From Bdellovibrionota bacterium (GTDB lineage: Bacteria > Bdellovibrionota_C > UBA2361), in the NCBI GenBank assembly GCA_044352465.1, contig JBILDU010000044.1:1-22675 (forward strand): a stretch of DNA of 22,675 nt, written 5' to 3'. The notes under the pieces were generated by a model. It saw only the letters and a list, made by a program, of their open reading frames with translations. It was not told where the DNA came from and did no database searches. Below are positions 7,495 to 14,162 of the stretch, one piece after another (within the stretch, counting starts at the first letter, position 1; each line of letters begins with the position of its first letter). The position numbers and the translations under genes are program-made.

Positions 7495-10400
7495 ATGAAA
7501 GTCAGAACGAAGGTTGTTTCGGGTCTTTTCGTCTCGATTGCGGTGCTGTGCATCGGGCTCGTCGGGCTCGTCCAGACTGTCGTTGTCGACAGCTTTAAAA
7601 AGATCGAACTCGAGCGTTTTGAGCGAAACGTAAGTCGGGTTCAAAACGCCCTCGCCACCCAACTCGAGGTTCTCCTGAAACAAGTGGTCGATTGGGGCCA
7701 GTGGGATAACACCTACGAATTCGTCGCTGATAAAAATCCGGCTTATATCGACGAAAACCTCAACTTCATGACTCTATCGGCGCTCGGGCTGCGCGACGTC
7801 CTCTACTTCGGAAGCACCGACGAGCTTCTTCAAAGCGCTCACGTCGTTAACGCCGATCGAACGGTCGGACCAACACCGGCGGATGCGGTGGCGCTCCTCA
7901 AACAGATCATGCTCACCGAACGGGAGAAGGGAAACAAAGAAGGTTCAGGCCTCGTGCAGATCAACGGGGAGACGGCGCTCTACGCTTTTACCGAGATCCT
8001 TCCGAGTAAGCGCGATGCGGCGGGCCGCGGTACGATCCTCGCGACCTCGCTCGTCACCAACACTCTATTCAAAACATGGGCGTATCAGACAAATCTCCCG
8101 CTCCGGTTCTGGCGCTTCAGTCAGGAGACCCCCTCATCCCAAGCATCGCTCGCGCTCCATAGACTTGAGCGAGGCGAGCCGTTCGTCCATCTACCAACGG
8201 AGCGCGGGGGCTCGGCGATTTTCGGACTTATCCGTGACGTCGCCGGGAAGCCGGCGCTCCTCTTCGAGTTCGAAGACGACGCAGTCGTGACCCACCTTGC
8301 CGAACAGGTGCGTAACGGGGCGCTCCTCGGAGTCGCCGTCGCCGGGCTCCTGGCACTCGTGCTTCTCTGGTGGCTGATCGACCGACAGCTCTTGAGTCGA
8401 CTATCAACCCTCTCGGTGACCGTGCAAACGATCGCCGCTACCGGAGACTCAAACCTTCGGCTCACGGATTCAGCTTCGTATCAACGCTCACTTCAAACCC
8501 GGGTGCTCGCCACCGTGGCGAGCTGCTTCGTCTTGATGGGTGGAGCGCTATGGATATTTTTCGAGCACTCCCTCACCGACGCTTTTGAGGAGGTCGAGCA
8601 GAAGAATCTCGCCGATAACGTCACCCGAGCTGAACGAGCTCTGAACGCCCGAGCTCAAGAACTTCTTGGCAAAACAGCCGACTGGGGCCAGTGGGACGCC
8701 ACCTACGAGTTCGCCGAAAAGCGGAATAGCGACTACATCGAGGCGAACCTGAATTATGAAACGCTCAGCGCACTCGGTATGAGGGCCGTCGCGTTCTTTT
8801 CCCCCCAAGGCACACTGCTCTACGGGCGTGAGGTCTCCCCGCAATCTGCGACAACCTTTGATCTGACTCCTCAACTCGCGGATATCTTGTTCGACGGTGT
8901 AGGAGCCATTCGCCGCGGGGAGTCTACCACGCTCGAGGCTGGCTTACTACGCGGGCCCGACGGTGTTATCATGGTAACGCGCAGCCCGATCCTTGATAGC
9001 GCCCGCTCTAAGCCGTCACGGGGATCGTTCGTATTCGTACTACCGGTCGACCAACGGTTGATCGATGAGCTCAGTCGCCAAACAAAGCTTGCGATATCGG
9101 TCTACCCGAACGATCCGAATCATGCGCTCCCACCGCTCCTCGAGGTTGTTGACCGGGAGAACATCATCGGGCGTGCCCCCCTTACCGGCCTCGATGCCCA
9201 CCACGTTGGGATGATTCAGATTCTGTTACGTCGGCACGTCCACCTTGAAGGGCTCGCCGCGCGGCAGAACCTCCTTCTCGCCCTGGTGTTGTTAAGCATC
9301 TTCGGTACAGTCCTAGCCGCAGTCATCGTGCATCGCGTTATTATCGCTGCACTAGCCGCCTCGGTTGATCAGGTCGGCGACATTTCGCGTACTCGTGACA
9401 CCTCACGTCGTCTCTCCGTCTCGGGGAGCGACGAGCTCGGGGTGCTCGCCGAGCAGATAAACTCGATGCTCGATTCGCTCGCCCGCGCGCAGGAAGACCT
9501 CCAACTTGCCCGCGACGGTGCCGAGGCAGCGAACCGGGCCAAATCGACTTTTATCGCCAAGGTCTCCCATGAGTTGCGGACGCCGATCCACGGCATCGTG
9601 GGCATGTTGCGCATCTTGATGAAAGAGGAGACCTCGAAGACGAAGCGTTCATACATCGCGATGGCGAAGAACTCAGCGTTTGGACTTCTCGATACCATCA
9701 ACGAGATCCTCGATTTTTCAAAGATGGAGACCGGCAACCTCTCCCTTGAGCAGATAGAGTTTCGATTACGCGACGTCGTGCGGGACGCTCTCCGCACCGT
9801 GGCTCCCCGAGCTGAAGATAAGGGTTCGGTTGAGCTGGTGTATGACATCATGCCGGGAGTGCCCGACCTCTTCCGGGGAGATCCACTCCGGGTCAAGCAG
9901 TGCCTTATTAACCTTCTCGGAAACGCCATAAAATTCACCCAACAAGGGTTCGTGAAACTCACGGTAAGCTCGGCTGGACGCTCAGGAGAGGCGCATCAAC
10001 TCGTTCTTGCGGTCACCGACACCGGAGTCGGCATTCCAGCCGATCGTCTTCCCCGCATCTTCGATCCGTTTACTCAGGCCGATGACTCGGTCGCACGCGT
10101 CTTCTCCGGTACCGGTCTTGGACTCACGATCGTCAAGCAACTCGCCGAGCAGATGAACGGTAGCATCGAAGTGTCAAGTGAGATTGGTACAGGAACGGAG
10201 TTCACCTTACGGCTTCTCCTCTCCGAACTGCCTGATACCGAATGGCGTGAACCGGAGATCGACATCGCTCCCCGCAAGATGCTCATCGTCGATGGGGACT
10301 CCCACGCGGTGAAACTTATGGACTCAAGCGCCGGTCGGTACAACCTCCAAAGCACAGTTATCAACTCGCGGGATCCGCAGTCCCTGGCCGAAGTGCGAAC

Positions 10401-11649
10401 ACGTCTGACCGATTACGGCTTGTGTGTCGTCACCTCGGACGCGATCCGACGATCGCATGTTTTCAATTTGATGGTGGATCTCGCCCGTGAAAAGCGGATT
10501 CCGGTTGTTGTGGTCGTTCCTTCCCACGATATCTCCCTCCGGGAACGGCTTACCGCCTCGGGTATCTCGTATGTGCTCATGCGCCCGCTCTCATTTGAAG
10601 ATATCTTGCTAGGCATCTCTGGACGTCTGCCTTTAGATGAAAGTGCCTGGAACGGTGACGATGAGGCTTCGCTTCGGGTAGGCCGCCCTCTACGGGTCCT
10701 CATAGCGGATGACGCCGAAACGAATCGAATCATCCTTTCGAGTATGCTCGAGGAAGCCGGACACGAGGTCACCTGTGTTGAAAACGGGCTCGATCTCCTT
10801 GCGGCGATGAAGCGTCAGTTCGATGGCTCGGCACGGATACCGAATTTCGATATCGTGCTCACCGACGTGCAGATGCCGCTGATGGATGGACTCACCGCCA
10901 CACGGGAGATCCGCTCACTTGAAGAGGCAACCGGACAGGCTCACCGCATTCCAGTTATCGCCGTTACTGCCCACGCCATGAACGAAGAGATCGAGCGGAT
11001 GCGCGGATGCGGGGTCGATGACGTCGTCACGAAACCGATCCATCCGAGCGAGCTCGCACGGGTTCTGAGTACCCACGGGGGGAGCGTCGGCAACACATCG
11101 GATGAGCCCGTAGCGGAGGACCAGAGCGCCCCGGCACCGGGGGCAAAAATCCCCCGCGAGGTTCAAGAGCTTCACTCAACGGCGCTGCGGGTGTGGCACG
11201 AACTGTGCTCAGAGGAGACTCTCACCGCATTTGGTGGGGCGAGCGGCGGGCTCCCCTTCGCTCAAATACTCGACCTTGCGGACGTATTCCTCCGTTCTGG
11301 GGATTCGGTGCGACGGACGAAGCTGATTCTCCGCGCATTCGGCACTTCGTATGAGGATCCGCTGACGGCGCTCAACCGGGCGAAATCGGCGAGTGACATC
11401 GAAGGATTGAAATACGCCGGTCATGCGCTCAAGGGGCTCCTTCTCGACGTTGGAGCAGCCACCTCGGCTAAGATCGCCTCAACTATCGAGGCGAAGTGTA
11501 AAGAGGGGCGATTCGCAGAAGGAGCCGAGCTCGTAGCGCCCCTGACAGACCAGGTGCGCACGCTGGCGCGACTCCTCTCAGGGATCTGTGCGAGCGACAA
11601 CGCCACGATGCCGCAAAGTGCTCCGTCTGAAGCCGCCCCGCTCGCATGA
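7495..11649 (+). CDS. Hybrid sensor histidine kinase: 2x CHASE4-like sensor, HAMP, HisKA, HATPase_c, degenerate receiver, receiver, Hpt
   Basis: DWGQWD.TYEF...N..YI..NL motif twice. HAMP (SDELGVLAEQINSMLDSL). H box SHELRTP, N box NLLGNAIKFT, G1 DTGVGI, F IFDPFTQAD, G2 GTGLGL. REC (ADD, TDVQMPLMDG, VTA, KP). Hpt AGHALKG. Confidence 0.95.
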   Translation: MKVRTKVVSGLFVSIAVLCIGLVGLVQTVVVDSFKKIELERFERNVSRVQNALATQLEVLLKQVVDWGQWDNTYEFVADKNPAYIDENLNFMTLSALGLRDVLYFGSTDELLQSAHVVNADRTVGPTPADAVALLKQIMLTEREKGNKEGSGLVQINGETALYAFTEILPSKRDAAGRGTILATSLVTNTLFKTWAYQTNLPLRFWRFSQETPSSQASLALHRLERGEPFVHLPTERGGSAIFGLIRDVAGKPALLFEFEDDAVVTHLAEQVRNGALLGVAVAGLLALVLLWWLIDRQLLSRLSTLSVTVQTIAATGDSNLRLTDSASYQRSLQTRVLATVASCFVLMGGALWIFFEHSLTDAFEEVEQKNLADNVTRAERALNARAQELLGKTADWGQWDATYEFAEKRNSDYIEANLNYETLSALGMRAVAFFSPQGTLLYGREVSPQSATTFDLTPQLADILFDGVGAIRRGESTTLEAGLLRGPDGVIMVTRSPILDSARSKPSRGSFVFVLPVDQRLIDELSRQTKLAISVYPNDPNHALPPLLEVVDRENIIGRAPLTGLDAHHVGMIQILLRRHVHLEGLAARQNLLLALVLLSIFGTVLAAVIVHRVIIAALAASVDQVGDISRTRDTSRRLSVSGSDELGVLAEQINSMLDSLARAQEDLQLARDGAEAANRAKSTFIAKVSHELRTPIHGIVGMLRILMKEETSKTKRSYIAMAKNSAFGLLDTINEILDFSKMETGNLSLEQIEFRLRDVVRDALRTVAPRAEDKGSVELVYDIMPGVPDLFRGDPLRVKQCLINLLGNAIKFTQQGFVKLTVSSAGRSGEAHQLVLAVTDTGVGIPADRLPRIFDPFTQADDSVARVFSGTGLGLTIVKQLAEQMNGSIEVSSEIGTGTEFTLRLLLSELPDTEWREPEIDIAPRKMLIVDGDSHAVKLMDSSAGRYNLQSTVINSRDPQSLAEVRTRLTDYGLCVVTSDAIRRSHVFNLMVDLAREKRIPVVVVVPSHDISLRERLTASGISYVLMRPLSFEDILLGISGRLPLDESAWNGDDEASLRVGRPLRVLIADDAETNRIILSSMLEEAGHEVTCVENGLDLLAAMKRQFDGSARIPNFDIVLTDVQMPLMDGLTATREIRSLEEATGQAHRIPVIAVTAHAMNEEIERMRGCGVDDVVTKPIHPSELARVLSTHGGSVGNTSDEPVAEDQSAPAPGAKIPREVQELHSTALRVWHELCSEETLTAFGGASGGLPFAQILDLADVFLRSGDSVRRTKLILRAFGTSYEDPLTALNRAKSASDIEGLKYAGHALKGLLLDVGAATSAKIASTIEAKCKEGRFAEGAELVAPLTDQVRTLARLLSGICASDNATMPQSAPSEAAPLA

Positions 11650-11767
11650 TCGGCGAGCGGCTTTATAGGGAGGAACGAAGTTTATCTCCGCGCTCTTGCC
11701 GACGAGCTCGTCCGCCGTCTCAGAGGATCTCGCGGAAGGAGGAAAAGATTTTCGGATCGGTGTGCTC

Positions 11768-11809
11768 GTGACTTTTTCAGAAAGTTTTTTCACTTTCTGA
11801 AGGAGTCAC
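11768..11809. repeat. Strong inverted repeat/hairpin containing a copy of the GTGAAAAAACTT motif
   Basis: GTGACTTTTTCAGAAAGT-TTTTTC-ACTTTCTGAAGGAGTCAC: 18-bp stem with two G-T pairs. 11782-11793 is the reverse complement of GTGAAAAAACTT. No flanking U tract. Confidence 0.7.
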
Positions 11810-11955
11810 TAATCCGACCAGGGCGGGCCGGGCAGCCGCCGTAGGTCCGCTGTGGCGGCTGGAGCGACGCGCAGGAAAGGCTGGCTTTCGGCCTTTTCGA
11901 AGCTTGGAGCGTGCTTTCCGGAGGATGTCCGTGGGAACGCAGATAAAAAACCGGG

Positions 11956-12120
11956 GCGCCTTTCACGCTGCCTGGTGAAAAAACTTATTGGAAGGCGCAC
12001 TAGTGGTTCGACCATTAAATTCTTTCACCTGCAAGGTAATAGAATTTATGCTCACCACTAGTCCTGAGTTAGTTTTTCACTCCGCGGGAGTGAAAAAACT
12101 TATTGGTCGAAGGACTAGTG
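11956..12120. repeat. Array of three related imperfect palindromic units separated by ACTAGT
   Basis: ACTAGT at 11999, 12057 and 12114 (spacing 58 and 57). Exact 17-bp direct repeat GTGAAAAAACTTATTGG at 11975 and 12090. Each unit folds back on itself. Confidence 0.8.
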
Positions 12121-12576
12121 ACTACACAGCTTGCGGAATTCCTTCTTACTCTCAGAGAAGAGATACTCACGGCACACGTCGGAGAGCTCGTGGAGCGCGG
12201 AGACCTCATCGAGAAGCTCTCCAAGCTTGGTCTCAGCGATCGCCATCAACTCGCTCACCTCGGCACCAGGAGCGGACCCCGGTCGAAGGATGGAGGTGAA
12301 GACGCGATAGCCTTTAAGCCCAAACGCAGCTTCCAAAGCGCCAAAAAGCTCACACGCCTCCTCGGCGTCGAGCTCACGCCCGTCGTCCCATTTCGGCGGG
12401 GCTTCGATGTAGAAGAGGACCCCGCGTTCTCCTGCGGCCGTCCGGCCGAATTGGCACCAGAGAGTATAATGCAGCGACTCATCACAGAGGGTAACTTGAT
12501 AGCGGAATAGCCCAGCGGGTTGGACGCGAATCCGCCCGCCGATTTCAACTACCGCCTCTTCAACGATCCGCGACAT
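12115..12576 (-). CDS. Hypothetical protein (153 aa), weak resemblance to Imm74-type immunity proteins
   Basis: ATG 12576 with SD-like GAGGA and an upstream sigma28-type promoter, which argues against the GTG 12627 start. Segment FYIEAPPKWDDGRELDAEEACELFGALEAAFGLKGYRV recalls the Imm74 pattern by eye only. Confidence 0.6.
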   Translation of the reverse strand: MSRIVEEAVVEIGGRIRVQPAGLFRYQVTLCDESLHYTLWCQFGRTAAGERGVLFYIEAPPKWDDGRELDAEEACELFGALEAAFGLKGYRVFTSILRPGSAPGAEVSELMAIAETKLGELLDEVSALHELSDVCREYLFSESKKEFRKLCSH

Positions 12577-12617
12577 CTCATCCTCACTATAGCGGCTAAC
12601 GCCTGCTTTCCCGTGAG

Positions 12618-12644
12618 AGATCGGCACACGGGGGACAAACTTGA
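12618..12644 (-). promoter_or_regulatory. sigma28 (FliA)-type promoter
   Basis: Minus strand TCAAGTTT-N11-GCCGATCT, close to extended consensus TAAAGTTT-N11-GCCGATAA, about 40 nt upstream of ATG 12576. Confidence 0.65.
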
Positions 12645-12974
12645 GAGCGCCCGGGACTTAATTTAGGGACGAGCTCTTAGTTTTTCTCCGCCTCAGGAGA
12701 GACACATCGATCCCCGAGGCGTAACTTTTCACCGCATTCATCCAGGTTGACTGCAGAAGAGGAGAGTAATCTCGAGATGCTGCGCCCCACACGCGCTAAC
12801 CATCCGGCATAACTAGCTTTTGTCGATCGCGCCGCCTGACGTCGCGGCGTATCTGGAGCAGGTGCGAATATCCTTGAGCTCTACCGCTGGAGTGTCGATA
12901 TCGGGGACGAGGGTTGCGTCTCGCGGCAACGGTTACAGCACCCAAAGTTACCGTATATTTTTGGATACACCATC

Positions 12975-13376
12975 ATGGAAGATATCGCCCTTTCAGAGCT
13001 TCAACAGAGCGTTCTTATCATCGACGACGTGCCCTCAGCCCGGTTGATGCTCGCCGATATGCTCCATGAGCTTGGCTTCGCCGAGTGTCTTGAGGCTCGC
13101 AACGGACTCGAAGCGCTTGATGTTTTAAGTCAGCGCCCCGTTCGACTGATTTTTTGCGATCTTATGATGGAGGGGATGAACGGCATCGATTTCCTGCAGG
13201 CTCTGAAATCCCGAGACATTCCGAGCGTTCCCCCAATTATCTTCGTGAGCTCTCACGGCGACCTCGACAGCTTCGACGGTGCCCTCGGCCTTGGCGCGAG
13301 CGATTACATCGTCAAACCGGTCAATTTCAATAAACTACGCCGAAAAGTCGAGAGCGCCCTCAAGAAAGAGGTCTAA
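12975..13376 (+). CDS. Single-domain response regulator (CheY-like receiver)
   Basis: VLIIDD, phosphoacceptor in FCDLMMEGMNG, FVSS, DYIVKP; no output domain. Confidence 0.92.
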   Translation: MEDIALSELQQSVLIIDDVPSARLMLADMLHELGFAECLEARNGLEALDVLSQRPVRLIFCDLMMEGMNGIDFLQALKSRDIPSVPPIIFVSSHGDLDSFDGALGLGASDYIVKPVNFNKLRRKVESALKKEV

Positions 13377-13558
13377 AAACGCACGCCGCTCTGCGCTTGC
13401 ACCGCTCACAAACGGGACTTCGTCAAAAGCTCTGCCCGCGCGAATCGACCTGCCCTCGGTGTCGTTTCCATGAAATGGGTTTCCTACCACCGCGCGGTCC
13501 TGAGTCGTGTCCTTCCTCTGAGGGACGTCAAAAGAGTCTTCCCCCCTGCTCGAGCGCT

Positions 13559-13585
13559 TAAGAAATTAAAGGATCCAGCCGAGTA
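13559..13585 (+). promoter_or_regulatory. Possible sigma28-type promoter for the second receiver gene
   Basis: TAAG-N15-GCCGAGTA, about 120 nt upstream of ATG 13704. Confidence 0.4.
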
Positions 13586-13703
13586 AAGGATAGCACGGTG
13601 AAAAACCGCGCTTAGGTTTCGTGTGCGCGGATGTCGCACGATGAAACTGGAGGGGCCGGAACGGGAAGCAAACCGGCTTTAAACCAAGGGGAAGGGTGTC
13701 ATT

Positions 13704-14111
13704 ATGGTAATGAATGAAGAAGAGAAGGTTCTGGTTGTAGACGACCTCATGTCTACCCGACTTCTTATCGTCGACATGCTCCGGGAGATGGGGTTTACCT
13801 CCGTCGTTGAGGCAACCGATGGCGCGGAAGCACTTTCAAAGGTTCACCAAGGGAAGCCCTCCCTGATGGTGTGCGACTACGTCATGAAAGGGATGTCAGG
13901 GGTCGACCTTGTGCGCGAGCTCAGAAAAGATCCCGAATTCAAAGATGTCAAAGTGATCATGTTGAGCAACAATCGAGACGTCCCACTTATCGACGCAGCG
14001 ATCGAAGCCGGTGCAGACGACTACATCGTGAAACCGGTGAGTTTCAATATCCTTAAACGACGGATCCAAGACGTCCTTACCCGAGCAAAGGACTCTCCGG
14101 TTGAGGGATAG
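13704..14111 (+). CDS. Single-domain response regulator (CheY-like receiver)
   Basis: VLVVDD, VCDYVMKGMSG, MLSN, DYIVKP; no output domain. Confidence 0.92.
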   Translation: MVMNEEEKVLVVDDLMSTRLLIVDMLREMGFTSVVEATDGAEALSKVHQGKPSLMVCDYVMKGMSGVDLVRELRKDPEFKDVKVIMLSNNRDVPLIDAAIEAGADDYIVKPVSFNILKRRIQDVLTRAKDSPVEG

Positions 14112-14162
14112 GCAAGGGAGCAACGCCGCGAGGTCGTCACTGCCCCTGTAGCTTGTACCACT

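Noticed and set aside
11956..12120. CRISPR array or TIGR-type guide array
   Set aside because: Units alternate in orientation and are self-complementary over their whole length, there are no unique spacers between identical repeats, and no cas or Nop-domain gene is nearby.
12057..12120. Canonical integron attC site
   Set aside because: No RYYYAAC/GTTRRRY core pair at the hairpin ends and no integrase in the window; only the layout is analogous.
11809..12510. ORFs 11809-12015, 11852-12061, 11988-12299 and 12103-12510
   Set aside because: They translate the repeat DNA (VKKLIGRRTS twice) or are antisense to the 12576-12115 gene, which has SD and promoter support.
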